From positions 9,610,001-9,674,000 of the forward strand of contig NC_043026.1 in NCBI RefSeq assembly GCF_006345805.1: 64,000 nucleotides of DNA, read 5' to 3'. Positions 10,245-21,025 of this stretch are shown here, in pieces. Made by a program: the position numbers and the translations under genes. Within the stretch, counting starts at the first letter, position 1, and each line of letters starts with the position of its first letter. Below the pieces are notes generated by a model. The model was given only the letters and a program-made list of their open reading frames with translations. It did not search any database and was not told the origin of the DNA. Source of the DNA: Octopus sinensis (Eukaryota).

Positions 10245-11030
10245 AACACTAGCACGCCGGTACGGTGAAACAGCCTGTCCAGATGAATAAACCTGAGGCC
10301 TAGAGTCGCCCCCAGGCCATCAGACTCTACCAACCCATTATATAAAATCCGTGTGGAACCCCCACCGCCGGCGTTGCCCGAGTGCCGGAATAGCAAGAAG
10401 GCCTTACGGCACTCTTTATGCCACTCACTCGACCTCGGTCTACGAGAACACCAGGCTTCCTGTTCGCAAAAACTTTTGAACTCGGGGAACATTTGTCTGG
10501 CCAGCGGAGACCACACCCGTTCACTATCCAGGAGAATCCAGAGGTGCCTCAACCTCAACGCACGGCTGCGCATCATTAACCAAGGCATCCCTAAACCTCC
10601 CTTTAAAGGCTTTTGACAGCAGACAGAGCGTTTCACAAGTGGCGACCTGCCCTTCCACAAAAAGCGAAAGAGCTGTCTCTCCAACCTGATCAACCACGAA
10701 TCCGGACAGGGCACGACGGTCAGGCGGTAGGTAACGACCGATGCGATAAACACATTGGCCACCTCCGCCCTCCCTTTCAGGGATAGCCACCGCCAAGACC
10801 AGGTCTTGACTACTGCAGCCACCCTGCACAATACCTCCGTCCAGTTCTTCTCTATCTGGAGGACTGGTCCAAACCAAACTCCCAGCAACTTAACCGGTCC
10901 CTCAGTCCAGCGTTCAACAACGCTGACTGAAGGCATCGACTTGCCAACCCAGGTGCCGAGCTGCAAGCCGACCGACTTTCCCCGGTTAATCTTTGCTCCT
11001 GCCACCCCCTCGTAAGTCTGAATAGTCTTA
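10245..11030 (-). mobile_element. Tx1/L1-clade LINE ORF2 fragment (post-RT region)
   Basis: GAKINRGKS, VKLLGVWFG, WSWRWLSLKGRAEVANVFIAS, FRFLWKG, KGGLGMP motifs typical of L1/Tx1 ORF2. Confidence 0.85.
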
Positions 11031-11204
11031 CCCACTTGGTCTTGTATTTTAGTAATTCTCTTATGCCAGTTGACGGCTGTCGCGTTCCACCACCAGCCGC
11101 TGACGCAAAACTTTTCCTTTCTTCAATTTGGAAGGTCCTTTCTTCTGTCTTTCTTTTGGTGTTCGTAACTTTTGGTAATGTGTGTGTGTGTGTGTGTGTG
11201 TGTA

Positions 11205-11358
11205 TGCGACGTGCTTCTTTCAGTTTCCGTCGACCAAATCCACTCACAAGGCTTTGGTCGGCCCGAGGCTATAGTAGAAGACACTTTGCCAAGGTGCCAC
11301 GCAGTTGGACTGAACCCGGAACCATGTAATTGGCAAGCAAGCTACTTACCACACACCA
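11205..11358 (-). mobile_element. SINE family A, 5' half
   Basis: Reverse complement of the family A head, next to (GT)n. Confidence 0.8.
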
Positions 11359-11419
11359 CTCGACAGAAGAATGTAAAGAATATTATAAGTAAAGAAGAAT
11401 GTCAAGATCGTAAATGGTG

Positions 11420-11978
11420 GAGTGGAAGCACTCCGTCGGTTACGACGATGAGCACACCACAGACACGTGTACCCATAACGTAGTTCTCGGGGATATTCAG
11501 CGTGACACAGAGAGTGACAAGGCCGGCCCCTTGAAATACAGGTACAACAGAAACAGGAAGTAAGAGTGAGAGAAAGTTGTGGTGAACGAGTACAGCAGGG
11601 ATCACCACCATCCCCTGCCGGAGCCTCGGATGGAAGCACTCAGTCGGTTACGACGATGAGGGTTACCGATTGATCCAAATCAACGGATCAGCCTGCTCGT
11701 GAAATTAACGTGTAAGTGGCTGAGCACTCCACAAACACGTGCACCCTTAACGTAGTTCTCGGGGATATTCAGCGTGACACGGAGAGTGACAAGGCCGGCC
11801 CCTTGAAATACAGGTACAACAGAAACAGGAAGTAAGAGTGAGAGAAAGTTGTGGTGAAAGAGTACAGCAGGGATCACCACCATCCCCTGCTGGAGCTTCA
11901 TGGAGCTTTTAGGTGTTTTCGCTCAATAAACACTCACAACGCCCGGTCTGTGAATCGAAACCGCGATCCTATGACCGC
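11420..11978 (-). mobile_element. Two tandem SINE family C copies (first partial)
   Basis: GGAAGCACTCCGTCGGTTACGACG 3' ends at ~11424 and ~11632. Confidence 0.8.
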
Positions 11979-12139
11979 GCGTCTCGTAAATTGTAATGGC
12001 TTTCAGAATCACTTTCGATTGCTTCAGCCTCGCACATACCAACACGTATAGACGCGATCGACGATTCACAAGCACTCGTAGACGGACTTTTAAATTTAAC
12101 GGAAAACTAGGGGCAGTCGTGATTGTGTGGTAAGTAGCT

Positions 12140-12143
12140 TACT

Positions 12144-12176
<33 letters not shown>

Positions 12177-12380
12177 TTTACTTGTTTCAGTCATTTGACT
12201 GCGGTCGTGCTGGAGCACTGCCTTTAATCGAGCAACTCGACCCCGGGACTTATTCTTTGTAAGCCCAGTACTTATTCTATCGGTCTCTTTTTGCTGAACT
12301 AAGTGACGGGGACATAAACACACCAGCATCGATTGTCAAGCAATGATAGTGGGACGAACACAGACACACAAACATACACG

Positions 12381-12429
<49 letters not shown>

Positions 12430-12587
12430 CGGGCTTCTTTCAGTTTCCGTCTACCAAATCCACTCACAAAGATTTGGTTGGCCTGAGGCTCTAGTAGAAG
12501 ACACTTGCCCAAGGTGCCACGCGGTGGGACTGAACCCGGAACCATGTGGTTGGTAAACAAGCTACTTACCACACAGCCACTCCGGCG

Positions 12588-12622
<35 letters not shown>

Positions 12623-12900
12623 GACGGGCTTCTTTCAGTTTCCGTCTACCAAATCCACTCACGAGACTTTGGTCGGCCCGAGGCTATAGTAGAAGACACT
12701 TGACCAAGATGCCACGCAGTGGGACTGAACCCGGAACCATGTGGTTGGTAAACAAGCTACTTACCACACAGCCACTCCCATCCACATGCTTCTGGGTTCA
12801 GTTCCACCGTGTGGCACCTTGGGCAAGTATTTCCTATAGCATCGAGCCGACCAAAGCCTTGTGAGTAGATTTGGTAGACGGAAACTGATAGAAGCCCGTC
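12140..12900. mobile_element. Cluster of SINE family A copies (two minus, one plus fragment) with (TA)n
   Basis: Repeated family A head and tail segments. Confidence 0.8.
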
Positions 12901-12932
12901 ATATATATATCTTACATATATATATATCTCAA

Positions 12933-13666
12933 GGCGGCGAGCTGGCAGAAACGTTAGCACACCAGGAGAAATGCACAGCCGTATTTCGTCTGCCGTTACG
13001 TTCTGAGTTCAAATTCTGCCGAGGTCGACTTTGCCTTTCATCCTTTCGGGGTCGATTAAATAAGTACCAGTTACGCATTGGGGTAGATGTAATCGACTTG
13101 ATCCGTTTGTCTGTGCTTGTTTGTCCCCTCTATGTTTAGCCCCTTGTGGGTAGTAAAGAAATAGGTATTTTGTCTGCCGTTACGTTCTGAGTTCAAATTC
13201 CGCCGAGGTCGACTTTGCCTTTCATCCTTTCGGGGTCGATTAAATAAGTACCAGTTACGCATTGGGGTAGATGTAATCGACTTGATCCGTTTGTCTGTGC
13301 TTGTTTGTCCCCTCTGTGTTTAGCCCCTTGTGGGTAGTAAAGAAATAGGTATTTTGTCTGCCGTTACGTTCTGAGTTCAAATTCCGCCGAGGTCGACTTT
13401 GCCTTTCATCCTTTCGGGGTCGATTAAATAAGTACCAGTTCCGCACCAGTGCGGTATTTAGCCCCTTGTGGGTAGTAAAGAAATAGGTATTTTGTCTGCC
13501 GTTACGTTCTGAGTTCAAATTCCGCCGAGGTCGACTTTGCCTTTCATCCTTTCGGGGTCGATAAATTAAGTACCAGTTACGCACTGGGGTCGATGTAATC
13601 GACTTAATACCTATGTCTGTCCTTGTTTGTCACCTCTGTGTTTAGCCCCTTGTGGGTAGTAAAGAA

Positions 13667-13669
<3 letters not shown>
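12933..13669 (+). mobile_element. SINE family B with ~4 tandem body units
   Basis: Head at 12933 followed by repeated bodies, one internally deleted. Confidence 0.9.
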
Positions 13670-13701
<32 letters not shown>

Positions 13702-13704
<3 letters not shown>

Positions 13705-14030
13705 TACTTATTAAAACTGAGAATGTGTGTTTGTGTATCAGTATGTCCTCGTTTTGCATCGAAACGGCTCGACCGATTTTTCTTAAACTTCACACGCTCG
13801 TTGCTTATGTGTCTGGGGAGGTTTCAAGTATAAATTGATTTAGAAAATAATTTTCGGGTAAACGGCGTGAGGAATAACATTCGGGTGTGAATGAACGGTA
13901 GAAATAATGATTTTTAAGCTTTCAAGGGAAATAACCCATTCCCTCTTGGAAATAACCACCAAGGGAAATAACCCATTCATTTTCGTAATGCTTACTTCTT
14001 AGAATTTGAACTATTTTAGTCATTTTCTCA
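13702..14030 (+). mobile_element. Second Helitron-like family, 5' fragment
   Basis: Starts ATCTTACTTATTAAAACTGAGAATG(TG)n after a (TA)n run, the 5' architecture seen in non-autonomous Helitron/DINE-like elements. Confidence 0.45.
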
Positions 14031-14056
14031 TTTTATCCGATACTACTATTTTACTC

Positions 14057-14246
14057 TTTTACTCGTTTCAGTCATTTGGAGCACCGCCTTTAGTCGAGCA
14101 AATCGACCCCGGGACTTATTCTTTGTAAGCCCAGTACTTATTCTATCGGTCTCTTTTGCCGAACCGCTAAGTGACGGGGACGTAAACACACCAGCATCGG
14201 TTTGTCAAGCAATGCCAGGGGGACAAACACAGACACACAAACATAT

Positions 14247-14282
<36 letters not shown>

Positions 14283-14431
14283 TACATACATAATACGACA
14301 GGCTTCTTTCAGTTTCCGTCTACCAAATCCACTCACAAGGCATTGGTCGGCCCGGGGCTATAGCAGAAGACACTTGCCCAAGATGCCACGCAGTGGGACT
14401 GAACCCGGAACCGTGTGGTTGGTTAACAAGT
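14057..14431 (-). mobile_element. SINE family A
   Basis: Full body with internal (CA/TA)n. Confidence 0.85.
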
Positions 14432-14738
14432 GCTTAAACAAGTAAATAGTATTCTCCTAAACAATAGATCCACTTATTTCGGTTGGTGGCTTATTCACGA
14501 ATATACCAACACTAGCTTCGCTGAGGGTAATATTCTCTGGGAACGCACAAAAGCTTTTTTTTTTCACAGTTAATTACTTTGAATTGTTATTATCTCATAT
14601 CTGATTAGCCTGCTATTACGTAACAGGTTTCACGATTTTTGTAGACATACCTGATTAGAATTTCCACCTAAAATCTATATACTCTGGGAACCTATTAAAG
14701 CCCTTTCGGGGCTACTTTACTTGAATTCTTACTATGGA

Positions 14739-15115
14739 TGGAAACACTCCGTCGGTTACGACGACGAGGGTTCCGGTTGATCCGATCAACGGAACAGCCT
14801 GCTCGTGAAATTAACGTGTAAGTGGCTGAGCACTCCACAGACACATGCACCCTGAATGTAGTTCTCGGGGATATTCAGCGTGACACAGAGAGTGACAAGG
14901 CCGGCCCCTTTGAATACGGTACAAAGAAACAGGAAGTAAGAGTGAGAGAAAGTTGTGGTGAAAGAGTACAGCAGGGATCACCAACATCCCTGCCAGAGCC
15001 TCGTGGAGCTTTAGGTGTTTTCGCTCAAAAACTCACAACGCCCGGTCTGGGAATCGAAACCACGATCCTACGACCGCGAGTCCGCTGCCCTAACCACTGG
15101 GCCATTGCGCCTCCA
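14739..15115 (-). mobile_element. SINE family C, full-length
   Basis: Full head to tail; TSD ATTCTTACTAT at 14725-14735 and 15115-15125. Confidence 0.9.
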
Positions 15116-15244
15116 TTCTTACTATACAGCATATATTACAGAGATATGAAACTGTACATCTCGATAGTAATCGAGCAAATGTTGAGTCTTAAGCTTAGAC
15201 TATCTCAGAAAAACCAATAAATAACCTTATTAAAAAAAATTAAT

Positions 15245-15626
15245 AGGCGTAGGAGTGGCTGTGTGGTAAGTAGCTTGTTTACCAACCACATGGTTCCGGG
15301 TTCAGTCCCACTGCATGGCATCTTGGACAAATGTCTTCTGTTATAGCCCCGGGCCGACCAAAGCCTTGCGAGTGGATTTGGTAGACGGAAACTGAAAGAA
15401 GCCCGTCGTATGTATATATGTACGTGTGCCTGTGTTAGTCGTCCCCCTAGCATTGCTTGACAACCGATGCTGGTGTGTTTATGTCCCCGTCACTTAGCGG
15501 TTCGGCAAAAGGGACCGATAAAATAAGTACTGGGCTTACAAAGAATAAGTCCCGGGGTCGAGTTGCTCGATTAAAGGCGGTGCTCCAGCATGGCTGCAGT
15601 CAAATGACCGAACAAAGTAAAAAGAG
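15245..15626 (+). mobile_element. SINE family A
   Basis: GGCGTAGGAGTGGCTGTGTGGTAAG head to GACCGAACAAAGTAAAAAG tail. Confidence 0.9.
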
Positions 15627-15629
15627 GTG

Positions 15630-15765
15630 GGTACATTATTTACATTTGACGGTTATTTCTCATCTTGCTTGCTAACACAACGTTACGGCTGATGTACCCT
15701 TCAGCCTTCACCGGGTGCCTTGGGGAAATTTCGAACGTGGGTTCTCATTCCTAAGGTTATTTTGA
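15630..15765 (-). mobile_element. Penelope-like pLTR remnant with degenerate hammerhead core
   Basis: Inverted homologue of 16305-16470; consensus of the two is CTGATGA-AGGCTG...CAGCC-GAAACGTT. Confidence 0.55.
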
Positions 15766-15769
15766 TTGA

Positions 15770-16275
15770 CTTGCTTTACATTTGTACAAGTTGGCTCGAA
15801 GTCTCACCCAGATATCTCAAGAGACAACAAGCTGGAAGTTCATGTTGATGTTATGCCTGGGGTGTCATATAATAATGATAATAATAATAACATTGTGTAC
15901 AGTGCTCAGGTGCACTACAACTCATCTAAAGTGTATGTATAGTCAGGTGTAGTTTCGGCGGATTTCGGAAAGCATGAGGGCCTTAAAAGACGCAGTGTCA
16001 TGGCAGTCAACAACTGACGCAGGCAGTTTGTTCCATGCTTCAGAAACTCTGAGCGCGAAAAAATATTTGGTTTTGTACATGGTCTTGTTCTAGAGAATGT
16101 TGAAGAAACCACAAGAAAATGTGTTTGTTTTAAATTTGAGATTACATAGAAAGTATTTTGCGTAGGATACGGGCAGTTCTCATGAGCACTATCTTTTGAA
16201 TTTCTGCAATTTTGGGGTTTCCTGATATCTGAGCCAGGTAGCAATCAGCCTCTTTTGCTATCATTCCCAAGGCAC
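15770..16275 (-). mobile_element. Dong/R4-type (restriction-like endonuclease) non-LTR 3' fragment, interrupted by a CR1 3' end at ~15875-16070
   Basis: Minus-strand translation GALGMIAKEADCYLAQISGNPKIAEIQKIVLMRTARILRKILSM*; CR1 tail matches 7960-8160. Confidence 0.65.
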
Positions 16276-16304
16276 CGCCATCATTATCAGCCTCATCATC
16301 ATGT

Positions 16305-16470
16305 CGAAAAATACCTTAGGCATGACAACCCAGGTTCGAAACTTCCCCAAGAAACCTGATGAAGGCTGGAGGGTATACCAGCCAAAACGTTGTGTTAATA
16401 ACAAACAAGATTAGGGCAAATATAAATAACGTACATAATTCCTCATCTCTTAATTATAGATCTGAAATAG
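16305..16470 (+). mobile_element. Penelope-like pLTR remnant with hammerhead-like core
   Basis: CCTGATGAAGGCTGGAGGGTATACCAGCCAAAACGTTGTGTT. Confidence 0.55.
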
Positions 16471-16534
16471 GTGTTTTCATTATTGAACAAGCATTCCAAT
16501 AAACCGTTAGATTCACTTCAATATTTAAATTTTA

Positions 16535-16830
16535 CAAGCAGTATCGCCCGGCGTTGTTCGGGTTTGTAAGGGAAATAACTATATAAGCATTTTTAGAGAG
16601 TTACTTCCCTTATATAATAGCGAACGAATGCATTAAAATGGGAAAAAAATGGTAATTTTTTTTTTTTTAATCGTTGACTCATCGTAGACGTGCACTAATA
16701 CCCAGAAGGGCTCGATATGAACCACGACTATAAGATATCCGGTTTTGGTTAAACTGCACCGCAAAATGTGGGAGTAGTTAGGAATCTAAATCGTAGGAGA
16801 CAGACACAACTTCTCTTTTATATATAAAGA
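16535..16830 (-). mobile_element. Non-autonomous Helitron (same family as 4414-4946), inserted in a ~130-bp palindromic element
   Basis: Same termini and hairpin; host arms GTTAGATTCACTTCA (~16506) and TGAAGTGAATCTAAC (~16908). Confidence 0.75.
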
Positions 16831-16964
16831 TTTGCCAAAATATTTTCGTCGCTTTGGGACCGCGACCTGTTCAACGACAAAATTCCATAATGCAAATTAA
16901 ATTTAAATGAAGTGAATCTAACAGTTTTTGTGTTTCTTAAATGGCTTATAAATATAATGAAATT

Positions 16965-17475
16965 ATTGTATACAGTGCTCAGGTGCACCACAACTTGTCA
17001 GAAAGTGCGTATAAAGCATATGCAGTAATGTAGAAATGTCTGGAAAGCGAACAATGTATGAGTCAGATACATGCTTGTGTGTGTATGGAGGGGAGAAAAT
17101 CAGGTGGTAATGTTGGCGAATCTCAGGAAGCATGGAAGTTTTGAAGGATGCAGTGCTCCGACAACTAAAACTGATGCCGGCAGTTTGTTCCATGCTTCAG
17201 CAACTCTCAGCGTGAAAAAAAATGTTTCCTAAAGTCATGGGAGCTGTGCTGTTTTCTGACTTTGTAAACATGTCCACAGGTGTTAGACGGGTGGAATTTG
17301 AAAAAGTGCTCAGAGTTATTGTTAGTAAGATGGTTAATAATGTTATGGGTGTCTGCCAAGTCAGCTGCCAGACGTCGGAGTCTCAATGTTTCCATGCCCA
17401 GGGAAGTAAGGCGTTCAGAATATGCCAAATGCCTGATGGAGGGTATTCCACGCTGCAATTCTTTTCGTTCTAGCA
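16965..17475 (-). mobile_element. CR1-clade LINE 3' fragment (second subfamily)
   Basis: IPSIRHLAYSERLTSLGMETLRLRRL, CGHVYKVRKQHSSHDFRKHFF; homologous to 7740-8140. Confidence 0.85.
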
Positions 17476-17805
17476 CACGATCTCAGTTCAAGTCACTTGC
17501 TGAGCAAGGGCATCTCCATAATTCCAATCAAGTGAAGCAAAAAAAATATCAAATCCAGAAATAAAAAAATTAAGGGAGATAACTTCTAATATTTGTCAGT
17601 TATTTCATAATTCAACCTGTCTAATTATATACACGTACGCAATCTATTTTAGCCCCCGAGGTTAGTAAAATCGAGAGGAGGGCTAAATCGATTGCATAGA
17701 CACCAGTGTTCAATTGGTACTCGTTCTATCGACAGTGAAAGGCTGCAAAGTAAGGCAATCCTTCGGTATTGGTAGACGACATTCACCTGTACACCATTTC
17801 TCCAT

Positions 17806-18120
17806 ACGCAAAGTGGTATCAAAAAGTTCTTGAACTAATGCTTAAAGAAAAAAAAACTACAAAATTTACGAAAAGCATCTTGCACAGCAATAGACCGGTC
17901 CCAGCATTCTTACCACTTTTGGAATCTGGCCTGGAAGTCGATTCCCGAAAGCGAGTCGGGGACCTGCGATTCACTCGTAAAGGAACAAGGTAGGCTCATA
18001 AAGAGGGTTAATTATACCATCCGGTTATAGCACTGTACACCAATACCGAAGGATCGGCGAAAGCAACGGACCATGAACAACGAACGTGAAGTCTACTTGG
18101 CATTTCGTCCGAAACGATCT
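17806..18120 (-). mobile_element. Highly degraded mariner remnant
   Basis: TIR-like TACGCAAAGTGGTATCAAAAAGTTC; minus-strand FQARFQKVVECWDRSIA resembles a mariner C-terminus. Confidence 0.4.
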
Positions 18121-18290
18121 CTCTCTGTTTGAGAGAGAGAGAGGAGAGAGAGAGTAGAGAGAGAGAGAGAGAGAGGAGAGAGAGGAGAGAGAGGGAGAGG
18201 AGGAGAGAGAGGAGAGAGAGAGAGGAGGACACCACACCAACACACACACACACACCAACACACACACAGACAGACAGACAGACACACACT
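18120..18290. repeat. (GA)n/(CA)n microsatellite
   Basis: Direct inspection. Confidence 0.95.
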
Positions 18291-18685
18291 GAGTAAATTT
18301 CAGAAAGTATTGAAATTTTAAAAAGTCTAATTTAATTAGAATTCGAAAATAAGTATTCAAATCTAGCCACGAAAAGAAAAAAAAAGAAAAGTTCAGAACA
18401 ACTTAAGCATTTTACAAAATTTTCTTAAATTGTATCTGAGGCGAAAAACGAAAAGGTTTTAACAGATATTTTACAAACTGATGACAGTATTAGCACAGGT
18501 CTTTCTGTAGATGTTCCATAGATATTAAATTAGCTTTTCCTTCGAAAGCAGGGGCTAGCAACATTTACATATACAGCGAAATATATATACATTTGTGTAC
18601 ATACTTTTACATATACATTTATACAGGGAAATATATACATTTGTGTTTATACTATACATATGTATGTATATCAAATGTTTAAACA

Positions 18686-18990
18686 CAAAAGCCAGAGCAA
18701 ATGGAAATTTCAAACGGACGTGTAGTCTGTCCCGGCTTACATGAAATGTACGTGAAATAGCGAAAACAATTTTAATATGTTTCAAGATATTATCGAAGAA
18801 AGTATTTAGACTTTTCCAGTGATAAACTGACAAAAGCCAGAGCAAATGGAAATTTCAAACGGACATGTAGTCTGTCTCTCGACTTACACGAAATGTACGT
18901 GAAATTTTATATTACTTTTGTGAAACAGCGAAAACAATTTTAATATGTTTCAAGATATTATCGAAGAAAGTATTTAGACTTTTCCACGTT
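18686..18990. repeat. Imperfect ~145-bp tandem duplication
   Basis: CAAAAGCCAGAGCAAATGGAAATTTCAAACGGAC...TTTAGACTTTTCCA twice. Confidence 0.9.
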
Positions 18991-19099
18991 CCTGTTTGGA
19001 GTCGAACCCACTTCAGAACTACACTGGAACGTTTCTGCAACAACAGAGCATACACGGCTGAGTCGATGTCGAGTCCTTCGATATCCAGCCGTTGAAGCT

Positions 19100-19387
19100 T
19101 CACCATCGCGATCTTGATTTCACATGTCGGCTTCCTGTAGACGAATGGCCATCGAAGGACAATTCGTGGTAGCGATAATAACCGCCTTCGTCCCTTTGGT
19201 GATCCTTATCGAAGTCAATCACTGCTTTTGCCACCACAGGTATTACGCCTTTAATCACGGGTTCCAGGATTTTTAAGCTCGGACATGCATCGAATATAAG
19301 TCGGGACACAAAGTTGACGACATCGGCGAAACCCTTAATAATAGCTTCTTCAGACATTTTCGTATGATTGTTCGGATTTAAATTCAT
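19100..19387 (-). CDS. 95-aa orphan ORF, overlapped at its stop by a second ORF (18912-19106)
   Basis: Acceptor TTTTCTTTTTTATTTCAG with exon starting 19419; non-repetitive protein-like composition; ATGGTGA start/stop overlap. Confidence 0.4.
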   Translation of the reverse strand: MNLNPNNHTKMSEEAIIKGFADVVNFVSRLIFDACPSLKILEPVIKGVIPVVAKAVIDFDKDHQRDEGGYYRYHELSFDGHSSTGSRHVKSRSRW

Positions 19388-19519
19388 TAAAAATGCAAAT
19401 ATAAACAGGATTCAGTCACCTGAAATAAAAAAGAAAATACCAACTGATTGCCGGTTTAACGGAGATTTTACACGAAGGTCCTGAAACTTACTGGACCACA
19501 GCCCCCTCAGAGCCACGTA

Positions 19520-19835
19520 ATACCTATTTCTTTATTACCCACAAGGGGCTAAACATAGAGGGGACAGACATAGGTATTAAGTCGATTACAATTTGAACTC
19601 ACAACGTTACGGCAGCCGAAATACCTATTTCTTTATTACCCACAAGGGGCTAAACACAGAGGGAACAAACAAGGACAGACATAGGTATTAAGTCGATTAC
19701 ATCGACCCCAGTGCGTAACTGGTGCTTAATTTATCGACCCCGAAAGGTTGAAAGGCTAAGTCAACCTCGGCGGAATTTGAACTCAGAACGTTACGGCAGA
19801 CGTGCTAACGATTCTGCCAGCTCGCCGCCTTAAAT
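19520..19835 (-). mobile_element. SINE family B with partial tandem units
   Basis: Reverse complement of the family B head and body. Confidence 0.85.
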
Positions 19836-19869
19836 ACCTTCAGAGCCGTAGCCCTATACTCTCTCTCTC

Positions 19870-20275
19870 TTACTCTTTTACTTGTTTCAGTCATTTGACT
19901 GCGGCCATGCTGGAGCACCGCCTTTAATCGAGCAACTCGACCCCGGAACTTATTCTTTTTTTTGTAAGCCCAGTACTTATTCTATCAGTCTCTTTTTGCC
20001 GAACCGCTAAGTAACGGGGACATAAACACACCAGCATCGGTTGTCAAGCAATGCTAGGGGGACAAACACAGACACCCAAACAAACACACATGCATATATA
20101 TATACATATATACGACAGGCTTCTTTCAGTTTCCGTCTACCAAATCCACTCACAAGGCATTGGTCGGCCCGGGGCTATAGCAGAAGACACTTGCCCAAGA
20201 TGCCACGCAGTGGGACTGAACCCGGTACCATGTGGTTGTTAGCAAGCTACTTACCACACAGCCACTCCTGCGCCT
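19870..20275 (-). mobile_element. SINE family A
   Basis: Full body. Confidence 0.9.
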
Positions 20276-20319
20276 ATGTATACATATTTTATATTTTACT
20301 AATTATATATATATATATA

Positions 20320-20362
<43 letters not shown>

Positions 20363-20734
20363 TATGAATCATTTGATATTTAATATATAATTTGTAAATA
20401 CTATATTATAAAAAATTCATAGGTACTACTAGCGAACAGTGAGACTCCGTAGACATTCAAGTCGCGAACTAAAGGGAGCAGCTAGATACATGCTGAAATA
20501 ACAGAACCTTAACGAGGAGCAACGAAACAGAAAACGTGGTGTATTTACAAGAATTTGGTCAGAGACGAAACAACTCTACAACGTTGCTTAACCACAAGCT
20601 GTGAGCTAATTTGCATACCTTGTCCATCCCTGGAAAACAACGTAATTTTTAAAGTAATTAACAACGTTGTCTTTCTGAATAGGGTTGAATTTAACAAGGT
20701 TCGTTCGATAGCGGAAATTGGCAAGGTGCGGCTG

Positions 20735-21025
20735 AAAGAATTTTGCTTCCCAACCACGTGGATCTGGTTTCAATTCCCAGAGGCGTCATGAGTGTGTTCT
20801 ATTACCTCTGGCAGACTAGAAACTTGAGCGGATTTGGGAGGCAGAAACTAAAAGAAGCCTGACGTGTGCATGTGTGTGTGTGTATGTCCCACCACCGCTT
20901 TAGCGTGTTTATATGACCGTTATTTAGTAGTTCAGCAAAGTAGCCCTTGGGTATGAGAGCCAGACTTGAAATTCCTAAATTCTTCGAAACGGTACCTCAG
21001 CATGGCCGTAGTAGGACAAGTAAAA
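20735..21025 (+). mobile_element. Old diverged SINE family A copy
   Basis: TTGCTTCCCAACCACGTGG...GAAACTAAAAGAAGCC...CAGCATGGCCG degenerate matches. Confidence 0.55.

Noticed and set aside
19115-19200. Alternative-frame KAVIIATTN resembling an AAA+/SF3 sensor motif
   Set aside because: Short, with no Walker A or B nearby; likely chance
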